Assembly: GCA_963736115.1 (NCBI GenBank)
Contig: CAVTNR010000030.1
Span: 32,001 to 96,000 of the forward strand
DNA length: 64,000 nt
Origin: an uncultured bacterium
GTDB taxonomy: Bacteria > Zhuqueibacterota > QNDG01 > DTFT01
Reading direction: 5' to 3'
Below the pieces are notes generated by a model. That model was not told the DNA's origin and did no database searches. It worked only from the letters and a program-made list of their open reading frames with translations. The position numbers were made by a program, and so were the translations under genes. Below are positions 26,734 through 36,655 of the stretch, piece by piece. Numbering within the stretch: the first letter of the stretch is position 1; each line of letters begins with the position of its first letter.

Positions 26734-29462
26734 GACCGCTCGTCACCAAGCCGTTTCCCTATTTCGTGGGCGTGTATTCGCTCGAGGAGCTCGTCACCCG
26801 CAAGTCGCGCGTATGCGTGATCAACATACTCGGCAACGAGAGCCGCAAGGTCACGCCCGTGTCCCATGAATACAGCGGCGGCAATGTCGTGGCCGGCGTT
26901 CAGTACGGACGCCACGGCGTCCTGGAAACCGGCGCCGGCGACATTCCCGTGTACCACAGCGTCCGCGACGTGATGAAGCACGGCCATGACTTCGACATCG
27001 GCGTCATATACCTGCCCCCCGCCGCGGTCAGTCAGGCCGTCTGGGAGCTGGTCCGGTTCAACAGCGCGCTCAAGCGCATCGTGATCGTCACGGAAAAAGT
27101 CTCGACGCGCGATTCGCGCAACATCCGCGACATCTGCCAGAGCGCGGGCGTGGACGTCATCGGCGCCAACTGCCTCGGCGTGGCCAATGCCTGGGACCAC
27201 GTGCGCGTGGGCGGGGCCCTCGGCGGCGACCATCCGGAGGAAACCCTGCGGAAAGGCACCGTGGCCATCCATTCCAATTCCGGTAATTTCACCTCGACCA
27301 TCGCCGAGTACCTGAAAGTCACGGGGTTCGGAATCACAACGGCGGTCAGCTCGGGCAAGGACGTGTACGTGCATTTCGCGCTTCCCGAATTCCTGTACGC
27401 CGCGCAGAACGACACGCGCACCAAGGCCGTCGCCCTGTACGTGGAACCGGGCGGATATTACGAGAAGATGGCGCTCGACTGGATCCAGGCCCGGCTGTTC
27501 GGATTCAGCAAGCCCATGGTGGTCTGCGTCACGGGGAGGTGGAAGAAGAACCTGGAGCGCGCCTGCGGACACGCGGGCGCCATGGCGGGTTTCGGGAGCG
27601 ACGCCGAATCGAAGGAAAAATGGTTCGACGAGTATTTCGGCGTTCCGGTTTTCGACCCCGCCATTCCCAGGGTGAGCAAAAAGGGCGTTCGGATCTCCTC
27701 GCTCCAGCATTTCCCGGACGCCATGCGCGCCGTGTACGCGAAAATCGATGAAAAGCCCGATTTCGAGGCGTCCGGCGATCTGTCGCTCAAGCTCTGGATC
27801 TCCGACTCGTTTTTCCCGCTTCCGCCGGAACTGGACCTCCCCGTGGTGCGCGCCATTCCGCCCTATGACCAGCGCATTCAGGAGAGCAACCGTCTGGTCG
27901 GCGCGCATTTCCTGCGCCAGAACATGCGGCACAAGTCCGGCGCCTCGCGGCTCAACCCCGTGACCCAGGTCGCGGAACTCCACGGCGTGTCCGTGCTCGA
28001 ACTGTCCCGGAACGCCTTCGAGGACAATGTCTTTTTCTCGCTGACCAAGGTCATGCCGTCCAACGCCGCGTCCCGGGTTCTGAACCGCGTCCTGTCCGCC
28101 CTGGTCCGGATGCAGACGGTCAGGCCCGAGGCGTTCGACGAGGCCCGGCGGGCCGACTGCGCGCCGAACGCCTTTCTCGCCTCGGTCGCCGCGTCCATCG
28201 GAGATCCGCCCCTGGTCCGCGGCGCACGGTCCATGACGGGTTTTCTCATCGACCTGATGCGCGAACACGGTATCACGGAACAGACTGAAAAACTGCCGGA
28301 CGAAGCCGCCCGAAAGCTCGAAGCCGAATGCCTGGTCCGAACCGCTCCGGCCGAGATTCCGGAATGGGCCGGCCTGCTCGAGGCGGCGCTCGACGCGGAA
28401 CTGCCGCCGTCTCCAGTGACCACGGTCGTCCGCCACATTTCCGCGGCCCGGGCTTCCGGGAAAGCGCATCTGAAACAGCCGGTCGAGTTCGCCTTTGCCG
28501 CGGTCCTGACCGCCCTGTTCTGGAAGCCCATGCTCGAAAAGCGGATTTCGCGAGACGTCACGGAAAACGCGATCGCCTTCTTGAATGTCATTGCCGCCCT
28601 CGTCCGGCACGCCGTGATCGATCCCGCATCCAACACTTTCTGGAAAGGGCTCGCAAAGCCGGGAGCGGTTTCCTCCGGATCCGTAAAATTGACGGATACC
28701 CTTTTCCGCATTCTCTTCAGCCGGAAACCCGCGGATGTCGAGTCCGCGGAACTCCAGACCCTGCTCGGCCTCACGGTGACGAACGGGCCCGGCACGCTTT
28801 CCGCGATGGGCGCCAAGGAATCGGTGAGCGCACGGAACGCGATTCCCACGGCCTTCGCCGGATTCCTGACGAATACGGGAATGTCGCACGGCGGAAACGG
28901 GTTCGAAGCCGTGGAATTCCTCATCGGGCATTTCATGGACAGCCCGCTCCGGGATCCGGGTGACCCGAAGGACCCGGCCGACCTGCGGGCCCTGGCGTCC
29001 TCGGCGGCCAAATCGTATTTCAAGTACAAGCAGGCGCAGAAAGCGCTCGAAAACCCGTTGTACAAACGGATCCCCTGCGTCAACCATCCGGTGTTCAAGG
29101 GCAAGGACGTGAACATCGATCCGCGCGAGGATTTCATCCGGAAGGAGATGGCGAGCCACGGCGGGCACAACGCCTTCCTCGAGTTCTACCACCATCTGGT
29201 CCGCGAACTTTTCAATGAGGGCGCGACGGAAAACGTGTTCTGCGTGAACGTGGACGCGGTGCTGGCCTGCGTGGCGCTGAAGCTCATGTGGACGGACCTG
29301 CGGGAAAAGCGCATGACGACCCGTCAGGCCCAGGACCTGGTTTTCATCCTGTTCCTGCTCGGCCGCGCGGTCGGGACCGCGGCGGAAATCGCGGATCACC
29401 GCGACCGCGGCGAGGACATGGACTGCCGGACGCCGCAGAATGAGGTTGCGTTTGTCCTCTGA
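26730..29462 (+). CDS. aclA: ATP-citrate lyase alpha subunit, long form (CoA-binding, ligase and citrate-synthase-like domains)
   Basis: IGANCLG, SNSGN, phospho-His loop GHAGA, C-terminal citrate-synthase-like NGPG, HGGNG, VNHPV..DPRE, NVDAV. About 910 aa from ATG 26730. Confidence 0.85.
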   Translation: MRPLVTKPFPYFVGVYSLEELVTRKSRVCVINILGNESRKVTPVSHEYSGGNVVAGVQYGRHGVLETGAGDIPVYHSVRDVMKHGHDFDIGVIYLPPAAVSQAVWELVRFNSALKRIVIVTEKVSTRDSRNIRDICQSAGVDVIGANCLGVANAWDHVRVGGALGGDHPEETLRKGTVAIHSNSGNFTSTIAEYLKVTGFGITTAVSSGKDVYVHFALPEFLYAAQNDTRTKAVALYVEPGGYYEKMALDWIQARLFGFSKPMVVCVTGRWKKNLERACGHAGAMAGFGSDAESKEKWFDEYFGVPVFDPAIPRVSKKGVRISSLQHFPDAMRAVYAKIDEKPDFEASGDLSLKLWISDSFFPLPPELDLPVVRAIPPYDQRIQESNRLVGAHFLRQNMRHKSGASRLNPVTQVAELHGVSVLELSRNAFEDNVFFSLTKVMPSNAASRVLNRVLSALVRMQTVRPEAFDEARRADCAPNAFLASVAASIGDPPLVRGARSMTGFLIDLMREHGITEQTEKLPDEAARKLEAECLVRTAPAEIPEWAGLLEAALDAELPPSPVTTVVRHISAARASGKAHLKQPVEFAFAAVLTALFWKPMLEKRISRDVTENAIAFLNVIAALVRHAVIDPASNTFWKGLAKPGAVSSGSVKLTDTLFRILFSRKPADVESAELQTLLGLTVTNGPGTLSAMGAKESVSARNAIPTAFAGFLTNTGMSHGGNGFEAVEFLIGHFMDSPLRDPGDPKDPADLRALASSAAKSYFKYKQAQKALENPLYKRIPCVNHPVFKGKDVNIDPREDFIRKEMASHGGHNAFLEFYHHLVRELFNEGATENVFCVNVDAVLACVALKLMWTDLREKRMTTRQAQDLVFILFLLGRAVGTAAEIADHRDRGEDMDCRTPQNEVAFVL

Positions 29463-30483
29463 CGACCGGTCTCAGCCGCTCGTCGAATGCGTGCCCAATT
29501 TCAGCGAGGGCCGCGACTCAGCGGTGATCCGGGCGGTGGCGGATGCGGCCGCCGGCACTCCCGGCGTACGGATTCTGAACGTCGATTCCGGACCGGACGC
29601 CAACCGAACGGTGCTCACTTTCGCGGGTCCAGCCGAAGCCTGCCTGGAGGCCGGGTTCCGCACGTTCCGGGCCGCGGTTGAACGCATCGACATGCGGAAG
29701 CAGAGCGGCGTTCACCCGCGCATCGGGGCTTTGGATGTGTTTCCCTTTGTTCCGCTCCGGGGCATCGGTCCGGATGCATGCGCGGTTCTGGCCGTCCGTC
29801 TGGCGGAAAGGGTCGGGAACGAACTGGGCGTTCCCGCGTATCTGTATGAGAGGGACGCGGCCGGGGAAAACCCGAGAAGCCTTTCCGGCCTGAGGGCCGG
29901 CGGTTACGAGGGCCTCGAGGCGCGTATGGCTGATCCGGCCTGGGCCCCGGATTTCGGTCCGGCCCGGTTCAATTCCAGATCCGGCGCATGCGCAATCGGA
30001 AGCCGCGGCATTCTGATCGCCTACAACGTGAATCTCGCGGATCCGGACCCCTCCACGGCAAGGCGCATCGCGGGCGCCATACGCGAAAGCGGAACGGGCG
30101 GAAAGCCTGGGTTGTTCAAAGCCTGCAAGGCCATCGGATGGCGCATCGAGAGCCGGGGGTGTTCGCAGGTATCGACCAATCTGACGGATTTCCGTGTCAC
30201 GGCCCCGCACAGGGTCCATGAAGCCTGCGTCCGGCTGGCCCGAGACGCGGGCACATCCGTGACCGGAAGCGAAATAGTCGGCCTGATGCCGCTCGAAGCC
30301 ATGACCGCGGCAGGGCGTTTTTTTTCAGGGAGTGCGGACTCGAATACGGATTCCGCCCCTGCGGAAACGCAGGATGGATGGGTCAAAGATGCAATCCGCG
30401 GTCTCGGGCTTGATGACTGGTATCCGTTCGATCCGGACGAAAAAATACTGGAACGGTGTCTGATGCGGGCGGGGTTGATGTAA
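29440..30483 (+). CDS. ftcD: Glutamate formiminotransferase (no cyclodeaminase domain)
   Basis: VECVPNFSEGRD, NRTV, GVHPRIGALDV.PFVP, LIAYNVNL, QVSTNL, SEIVGL.P. Confidence 0.92.
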   Translation: MRLRLSSDDRSQPLVECVPNFSEGRDSAVIRAVADAAAGTPGVRILNVDSGPDANRTVLTFAGPAEACLEAGFRTFRAAVERIDMRKQSGVHPRIGALDVFPFVPLRGIGPDACAVLAVRLAERVGNELGVPAYLYERDAAGENPRSLSGLRAGGYEGLEARMADPAWAPDFGPARFNSRSGACAIGSRGILIAYNVNLADPDPSTARRIAGAIRESGTGGKPGLFKACKAIGWRIESRGCSQVSTNLTDFRVTAPHRVHEACVRLARDAGTSVTGSEIVGLMPLEAMTAAGRFFSGSADSNTDSAPAETQDGWVKDAIRGLGLDDWYPFDPDEKILERCLMRAGLM

Positions 30484-30486
30484 ACA

Positions 30487-30556
30487 ACGCATGGCGCGGA
30501 GCGCGCAGCGCAAAACAAGACGCATAGCGCACTGCGCACAGCGTAAAACAAGACGC
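30487..30556 (+). repeat. 33-bp tandem duplication built from GCGCA-type heptamers
   Basis: ACGCATGGCGCGGAGCGCGCAGCGCAAAACAAG / ACGCATAGCGCACTGCGCACAGCGTAAAACAAG. A related short array lies at about 43968-43991. Confidence 0.7.
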
Positions 30557-30612
30557 CCGATGTATCAGTCCATTCATGAAATATGTGCTTTCAGACAATA
30601 AAGGAGAAACCC

Positions 30613-31371
30613 ATGAAGCGCATGATTGTCACGACGCTGGTTCTCGCCTCAGCCCTGGCGGCCTCGGCGGATACCAAAATCCGGCAGAAACATCACAACG
30701 ACGCGTTTACGGTCATGGGACAGACCCAGGCGGCACGGGATTACGAGGGGACTCTGTGGTTCGGCCAGGACAGGGCCAGGAATGACATGGACAAGCAATC
30801 GATCATCATGCGCATGGACAAGGGGATCGTACTGATCCTGAACCACGAGAACAAAACCTGGACGGAACTGCCGATGGACATATCCAAGGCAGTCGCGCAG
30901 GCGTCCCGGGAATCCGGGGAGGACGTCCCGGAGGGTCTTCCGGCCGAGATGCAGGAGATGATGAAGGGCATGTTCAAGAATGTCAAATTTACGGTGACCG
31001 AGACGGCTGAAAAAGCCGTGATTAACGGGTGGAACTGCCGCAAATTTATCCAGAAAGTCGAAGGGGGCATGGCGCCCTCGACATCCGAGGTCTGGGCTTC
31101 GATGGACGTGAAACTGGACTACAAAATGATGGCCAAAATGTCCGCATCCATGATGGCCATGCAGCCCGGGTTGAAAGAGATGGTCGCGGACATTCAGAAG
31201 GAAACCGAGAAAATCAAGGGGATGGCGGTGCGGACGGTCACGGTTTCGACGGTCATGAACTCCAAAATGAAATCGTCCATCGAGCTGATCGAGGCGAAGA
31301 ACGACGTGACTCCTCCCGCGGGCATCTACGAGCCGCCGGCCGGGTACAAGAAAGCCAAGGGGATGCAGTAA
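30613..31371 (+). CDS. Exported protein, DUF4412-like
   Basis: AAGGAG RBS, signal peptide ending ASA-D, INGWNCRKF and C-terminal YEPPAGYKK motifs. Confidence 0.75.
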   Translation: MKRMIVTTLVLASALAASADTKIRQKHHNDAFTVMGQTQAARDYEGTLWFGQDRARNDMDKQSIIMRMDKGIVLILNHENKTWTELPMDISKAVAQASRESGEDVPEGLPAEMQEMMKGMFKNVKFTVTETAEKAVINGWNCRKFIQKVEGGMAPSTSEVWASMDVKLDYKMMAKMSASMMAMQPGLKEMVADIQKETEKIKGMAVRTVTVSTVMNSKMKSSIELIEAKNDVTPPAGIYEPPAGYKKAKGMQ

Positions 31372-31373
31372 GA

Positions 31374-31435
31374 GTTCAAAGTTCAAAGGACACAGGCACT
31401 TCTTTCTTTTTGAACTTTGAACTTTAACTTTGAAC
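31374..31435. repeat. Inverted pair of heptamer arrays (GTTCAAA / TTTGAAC)
   Basis: GTTCAAA x2 just after the stop codon, then TTTGAAC TTTGAAC TTTAAC TTTGAAC. Confidence 0.85.
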
Positions 31436-31447
31436 TTAAAAAAGTAT

Positions 31448-31613
31448 GTAGGTCCGAAATGCCGAGCCCGAAGCCTTCATTAAAAATAATCTGTTGTTTG
31501 GTCCCGCACAGCGGGAGGCGAGGCTTTCGGACACCTCCATTAAAATGTCCGATAGCCTCGCGAAAAAATGCGAGTGCCCCGAAGGGTGCCGCAAAGCGGC
31601 ATATCGGACCTAC
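31448..31613. repeat. GTAG-GTCCGAWA hairpin doublet (REP/REPIN-like)
   Basis: GTAGGTCCGAAATGCC...GGCTTTCGGAC (31448-31532) and GTCCGATAGCC...GGCATATCGGACCTAC (31547-31613). Confidence 0.88.
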
Positions 31614-31627
31614 TTGACAGAGGCTCA

Positions 31628-32155
31628 ATGGATCGAAAATCATTTCTCCAGCGCACGTTTGGCGCGGGCGCGCTGGCCGCGTGCGGCCTGGCGATGCCGG
31701 CCCGGGCCGGTGAGACTGAAAAAACCGGCGATCCTGACGCGGCGTTCCGTGAAAGCTGGGTCAAAAATTTCCTGAAGAATCTGGACGCGTCCATGAATCC
31801 CATGGAACGCGACGCATTCATGGCGGCCAATGGACGGGACTGCGCCCGCAGATCCGCGATCCGGCTGGCGGAGTCCTGCAAAGGCGACATGGCGGGATTC
31901 GCCGAAAAACTCGGCGGATGGGTCGGTAAAGAGAACGTTCAGCTCGATGATGGAAAAGTCATCCTCATCTACAAGGAATGCTATTGCCCGATGGTATCGA
32001 AGATACAGGAGCGGCTCTCAGACACCTGGTGCGAATGTTCCAGGGGCTGGGTGGTGCAGATGTTCGAAACCGTCGCGGGCCGGCCGCTGAACGTGACCAT
32101 CCTATCCTCCATCAAGAGGGGCGATCCGGTCTGCCGATTTGAAGTGGAAGTCTAA
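31628..32155 (+). CDS. Cys-rich protein with Tat-like leader (DUF6144 / V4R-like)
   Basis: GAGG RBS, leader MDRKSFLQ...PARA, conserved Cys pattern GRDCA, CYCP, WCECSRGW, SSIKRGDPVCRF. Confidence 0.7.
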   Translation: MDRKSFLQRTFGAGALAACGLAMPARAGETEKTGDPDAAFRESWVKNFLKNLDASMNPMERDAFMAANGRDCARRSAIRLAESCKGDMAGFAEKLGGWVGKENVQLDDGKVILIYKECYCPMVSKIQERLSDTWCECSRGWVVQMFETVAGRPLNVTILSSIKRGDPVCRFEVEV

Positions 32156-32216
32156 CAGACCACGGTTTTAACCGTGGGGCCCACGGCGACAGCCGTGGTG
32201 TCCAAAACAAACAAAG

Positions 32217-32256
32217 AACCTCCCGCAGGCATTGAACAGCCCGCGGGAGGTTTTTT
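32217..32256 (+). terminator. Rho-independent terminator between convergent genes
   Basis: AACCTCCCGC...GCGGGAGGTT followed by TTTT, with an A-rich 5' flank. Confidence 0.7.
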
Positions 32257-32320
32257 GATGCCTCGATGCCGCGGCCCCGGGGCCAAAGGTTTTGCGACCT
32301 GCGGCCCCGGGGTCGGCTGT

Positions 32321-33226
32321 TCACCGGGCGGAGAGTATCATGCACAGCATGCCCGCGAGCACGCCGATCAGGGCGAGCGATTTGAGCCGCACATTGCTGT
32401 CGCGGAACAGCAGGCTCCCGACCGTGAAAGACACCAGCACGTCGCTCCTGCGTATGGCCGAGAGAATCACGATGAGCGCATCCTTCCGGTCGAGGGCGCG
32501 GAAATACAGGAAATCCGCGGCAAAGAGAAAAGCGCCGATGGCCGCGACGCTCCAGCGCCATTGGAACGGCGTATAACGCCGCCGTCCGGGCACCCAGAAA
32601 ATGGCCCAGACCGCAGCCAGAATGACGGCCAGGTACACGAAAAACCAGAACTGAACGGCCATGGGCGAGAGTCCGCGGTTCTGGATGAGATGCTTGTCGT
32701 ACAGCGTACTGCACGTGCCGATCAGCGTGGAGAGAAACACGAATCCCACCCATTTGTTCCTGTGCAGGCGCAATCCTTCCCTTCCGCCGATCAGGGAAAA
32801 CGCGTAATACGATCCGATGACGAGGAAGAATCCGATCCACTGGAGCCGGGACGGCGCCTCGCGGAAGAGGATGAGCGCGCCCAGCAGAGTCCAGACCGGG
32901 GCCGAGGCGCGCACGGGCGAGATCAGCGAAATGGGCAGGTGCTTGAAGGCGAAATAAGCGAAGATCCACGACAGGGACACGATCGCGGATTTGAGGAAGA
33001 TCGACGCCTGGTCCGCGGGCCCGAGCAGGGGCACATACAGGCCGTGCGCCTGCATCCATTCCGGTTTCCAGACGGAGAGCAGGCCCGGCGGGATCATCCA
33101 GGCCAGGGCGGACAGAGTGGAGAAAAAGAGAACCGGAATGACCGCATTGCCCGAGAGCGCGTGCTTCTTGCTGACGTCGTAAAGGCCCAGGAAGAAGGAG
33201 GAGAGGACGCCGAGATAAATCCACAT
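32321..33226 (-). CDS. EamA/DMT-family transporter
   Basis: About 10 hydrophobic helices in two repeats, from MWIYLG (ATG 33226), with AFKHLPIS..SP and LLFRE/D motifs. Confidence 0.9.
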   Translation of the reverse strand: MWIYLGVLSSFFLGLYDVSKKHALSGNAVIPVLFFSTLSALAWMIPPGLLSVWKPEWMQAHGLYVPLLGPADQASIFLKSAIVSLSWIFAYFAFKHLPISLISPVRASAPVWTLLGALILFREAPSRLQWIGFFLVIGSYYAFSLIGGREGLRLHRNKWVGFVFLSTLIGTCSTLYDKHLIQNRGLSPMAVQFWFFVYLAVILAAVWAIFWVPGRRRYTPFQWRWSVAAIGAFLFAADFLYFRALDRKDALIVILSAIRRSDVLVSFTVGSLLFRDSNVRLKSLALIGVLAGMLCMILSAR

Positions 33227-33227
33227 G

Positions 33228-34442
33228 TCAGGAAGCGCCGCCTCCGGAAGAGCGATGCGGGGGACGGACCCCGGCGGCCCTGTTCCGCTCCGGCGGTCCG
33301 TCGACAGCGGTTCCGGTTTCCATCGTGGAACCGCAAGGCCACTGCGGGTCCGCTTTCCTTGGAATGCTCGGCGGTTCTCCCTCAACCGACAGGGGGTCCA
33401 CACGGTCCGGCCCGGAGCCCGCGAGCTGTCCGCAGGCCGCGCCGATGTCCGCGCCGCGGCTCCAGCGCACGATCACGGGTGACTGGAGCGGCTTGATCCA
33501 TTCCAGAAATCGCTCCACAGCCTCTTCGTCCGGCCTTTCAAAGCCGCCGACAGCCGGATTGTACGGAATGAGGTTCACCTTGCAGGGCAGGCCCCGCAGA
33601 AGGGCCAGGAGCCGGGTGGCGTCCTCCCGGGAATCGTTCAGCCCCGCGAAGAGCACGTATTCAAAGGTGACCCTGCGGCCCGGAACGCGGCTGTAGGCCC
33701 GGACCGCTTCCATGAGCGCGGCGATCGGGTATTTCCGGTTGACCGGCATGATCCGGGTCCGCAGGCCGTCCGTCACCGCGTTCAGGGAAACGGCCAGCTT
33801 GTACGGCCTGTTCTCCGCCGTGTACCGGAGCAGGCCGGGTATCACGCCCGCGGTGGAAACCGTGATTTTCCTGTGCCCGATCGCGAGCCCCTCCGGATCG
33901 TTCATTACGGCGAGGGCGCCCATCACGGCGTCGTAATTGAGAAAAGGCTCGCCCATGCCCATGACCACGATATTGGTCGGGGCCGCGCCTGTTTCGCGCC
34001 GGACTCCGATCACCTGATCCAGAATTTCCCATGATTCCAGATTCCGGATGAAACCCAGCCGGCCCGTGGCGCAGAACACGCACCCGAGTCCGCATCCCGC
34101 CTGGGACGAGACGCAGACGGTGCGGCGATCGCCTTCCGGAATATAGACCGATTCAATGCGGTTCCCGTCCGGGCATTCCCAGAGGAACTTGACCGCGCCC
34201 GTGTCCCCGGACCGGTCCGCGGACACCCGCCGGAGGGACCGGATCTCCGCGGTTGCTTCGAGCCTGGAGCGGAACGCCTTGGAGAGATCAGTCATTTCGG
34301 AGAAGGAGGCCGCGCCCCGCTGGATCAGCCATTTCCAAAGCTGGCGGGCCCGGTAGGGCTTCTCTCCGAGCGCGCTTACCCATTCCTCGAGACCGGCTTG
34401 GCCCAGGGCCTTGATGTGCGTCTTTTCCGAGGGCCCGTTCAT
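33228..34442 (-). CDS. rlmN: 23S rRNA m2A2503 / tRNA methyltransferase RlmN
   Basis: CVSSQAGCGLGCVFCATG radical-SAM motif, MGMGEP, VNLIPYN, AACGQL. Carries a low-complexity C-terminal tail. Confidence 0.96.
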   Translation of the reverse strand: MNGPSEKTHIKALGQAGLEEWVSALGEKPYRARQLWKWLIQRGAASFSEMTDLSKAFRSRLEATAEIRSLRRVSADRSGDTGAVKFLWECPDGNRIESVYIPEGDRRTVCVSSQAGCGLGCVFCATGRLGFIRNLESWEILDQVIGVRRETGAAPTNIVVMGMGEPFLNYDAVMGALAVMNDPEGLAIGHRKITVSTAGVIPGLLRYTAENRPYKLAVSLNAVTDGLRTRIMPVNRKYPIAALMEAVRAYSRVPGRRVTFEYVLFAGLNDSREDATRLLALLRGLPCKVNLIPYNPAVGGFERPDEEAVERFLEWIKPLQSPVIVRWSRGADIGAACGQLAGSGPDRVDPLSVEGEPPSIPRKADPQWPCGSTMETGTAVDGPPERNRAAGVRPPHRSSGGGAS

Positions 34443-36655
34443 TTCATCTTCATGACCACGAGGGTCAGGTCATCCGACTGCGATTCCGTTCCGGAGAAAC
34501 GGACGACCGAATCGAGTATGGATTGCAGTATCGACTCAGCCGGCCGGTCCACGCAGGCATCCACGGTTTCGAGCAGGCGGGCTTCGCCGTATTCCTCCTC
34601 TTCCCGGTTTCTCGCCTCGGTCACGCCGTCCGTGTAGAAAACCAGGATGTCGCCCGGCCCCAGCGTGGTCGAGGCCGACCGGTAAGCCGCGTCCTTCACC
34701 ACGCCGACCACCAGGCCGCCTTCCCGCAGGGGCGAAGGCTTTTTTTCGCGCTTCCAGTGGTAGGGAAAATTGTGGCCCGCGTTCGTGTACTCGAACGCGT
34801 TCGTCTCCGGGTCGAAGACGCCGTAGAATAGAGTGGCGAATTTCTCGACCGCTGTGGTCTGCACGATCTGGTTGTTCACCACATGCACCGCCTCGGCCGT
34901 GGTGCGGGCGTGCATGGCCGAGATCCGGAAAGCGGCCTGAAGATTGGACATGAGGATGGCGGCCGGCACACCCTTGCCGGAAATGTCGCCGATCACAATG
35001 CCCATCCGGTTCCCTTCGAGCGGGATGAAATCGTAGTAATCGCCCCCCACTTCACGGGAAGGCAGATTGAGCCCGGCCAGCTCGAAATGCCGGCTGTGAG
35101 GCCGGGTTTTCGGAAGCAGGTTGCGCTGAATCTCCCGGGCGAGCTGAAGGTCCTCTTCGATACGCTGTTTCTCCAGCGTCTCGTTGTACAGCCGGGCGTT
35201 TTCAACCGCAATGGCGGTCTGGTTCCCCAGCACGGACAGCAGGCTCAGGTCCTCGGACGTGAACCGGGTACGGGCGACCTTGCGGCCGAGGACCAGGAGA
35301 CCGACCAGGCGGTCGCGGGCCACCAGGGGAATCAGGAGCGAGGCGTCCGAGCGCCGCAGGACATCAAGCGCCCGTTCGTCCCGCACCGACTGGGCGAGAA
35401 AGTCGAATTCGATCGGGCCGCCGGCCTCCTTGAGACGGTCGATCACCTCGGCCTTCGGCTTGAACGAGGGCCCTTCGGCCGCGCCGAAGGGCACGAAGCG
35501 GCCGTCGGCCGCGGCATGGAACAGCTCGACGGATTCGACGGACTGTGATTCCATCAGCGTCCGCGCGACCTTGGCGCGGAGCGCGGCCGGGTCGATGGTG
35601 GTGAGGATATCGTGGCTCAGGTCCTTGAGCACGTTGCGGTAGTCCATGCGGTCGCGCATGAACAGTTTCTCGATCAGCCGCTCGAACAGGCCCAGCACCG
35701 GCTGAAAGAGGAACATGGCGACGAGAATGAACAGAATCTCGAACACGGGGATCTCCGCGCCGAAGGCCCGGGCAATCATCGCCTTTCCGACGCGGTAGAT
35801 CTGCAGGTAGACGCCGACCAGGACGGCGGACGCGAGCGAGAAGACCAGGCCGCGCCGGATAATGAGCCGGATGTCGAGGAACTGGTAGCGGACGATGGCC
35901 CATCCGATGGAACCGCACCCGATGAGCAGGGCCGCGGTGATGAGCGAGAACTGGGCCGTCCGGGACGTGGCGAAGAGATGCATGGCGGGGAAGAGAATGG
36001 CCACCGCGTAGAGCCCCACGCTGGCGCGTATGCCCCAGAGCACGATGGCCACCTGGCGCTTGAAGCGGCCTTGCTTCAAGCCGCTGTATCCCAGGGTCAG
36101 GAGGATGTTGGCGCCGACGATGTAGAGCAGGTTGATCAGGGCGAAGAAATTCGCGTGGAACTGGTAAATCAGGCTGAGCAGGTTCAGGAACAGCCCGACC
36201 AGGATGACCAGCGGCTGGACCAGGAGGCCGAACCGCTCCGTCAGGCTGTGCAGGGGCAGGAGGTTCTGGATCTGCTGGGGGCTGGAAAACGCCATGACGA
36301 GGCCGAAGTGCACGACATGGGGCAAAAAAATCGCGAACCGGAGGAACGGGTGGCGCCGGAACCAGTCCACGGGACGCGGGTACATGGTGGTAAACAGGAA
36401 CATCTGGGGAAAGAAGAACTCCCAGATGAGGAAGAGCTTGCGGAACCAGTTCAAATTGATCTGGACGGCCGACAGGTTCTGGAGCATGAGGCCGAACGCC
36501 GCGAACACAGGCGCGGTTCCGGCGAGCATGATCATGATGCCCGTGACGCGGTTGAGATGCTGGCGCGGATTCTCCCGGAGAATCACGAGGCCGAACAGCA
36601 GAAGGATCACGCCGAGCGTCAGGTAGAACAGGGATGTGACGAGAGCGAGGGTCAT
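34439..36655 (-). CDS. Membrane-bound SpoIIE/RsbU-type PP2C phosphatase (multi-TM sensor, GAF, PP2C)
   Basis: Hydrophobic N-terminus ending AIVRYQFLDI, GAF ending AIAVENARLY, PP2C motifs VGGDYYD, GDISGKG, NAGH, YTDGVTE, DDLT. Confidence 0.92.
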   Translation of the reverse strand: MTLALVTSLFYLTLGVILLLFGLVILRENPRQHLNRVTGIMIMLAGTAPVFAAFGLMLQNLSAVQINLNWFRKLFLIWEFFFPQMFLFTTMYPRPVDWFRRHPFLRFAIFLPHVVHFGLVMAFSSPQQIQNLLPLHSLTERFGLLVQPLVILVGLFLNLLSLIYQFHANFFALINLLYIVGANILLTLGYSGLKQGRFKRQVAIVLWGIRASVGLYAVAILFPAMHLFATSRTAQFSLITAALLIGCGSIGWAIVRYQFLDIRLIIRRGLVFSLASAVLVGVYLQIYRVGKAMIARAFGAEIPVFEILFILVAMFLFQPVLGLFERLIEKLFMRDRMDYRNVLKDLSHDILTTIDPAALRAKVARTLMESQSVESVELFHAAADGRFVPFGAAEGPSFKPKAEVIDRLKEAGGPIEFDFLAQSVRDERALDVLRRSDASLLIPLVARDRLVGLLVLGRKVARTRFTSEDLSLLSVLGNQTAIAVENARLYNETLEKQRIEEDLQLAREIQRNLLPKTRPHSRHFELAGLNLPSREVGGDYYDFIPLEGNRMGIVIGDISGKGVPAAILMSNLQAAFRISAMHARTTAEAVHVVNNQIVQTTAVEKFATLFYGVFDPETNAFEYTNAGHNFPYHWKREKKPSPLREGGLVVGVVKDAAYRSASTTLGPGDILVFYTDGVTEARNREEEEYGEARLLETVDACVDRPAESILQSILDSVVRFSGTESQSDDLTLVVMKMK

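Noticed and set aside
26463-29399. 978-aa minus-strand ORF
   Set aside because: Antisense shadow of aclBA, expected in GC-rich coding DNA, with no recognisable motifs.
31448-31613. Integron attC sites or an autonomous IS for the bulged hairpins
   Set aside because: No RYYYAAC/GTTRRRY boxes, and no integrase or transposase ORF in the window.
33228-33420. C-terminal tail of about 60 aa on RlmN as a new domain
   Set aside because: Low-complexity Pro/Gly/Arg sequence after the conserved ACGQL end, most simply a late stop codon.
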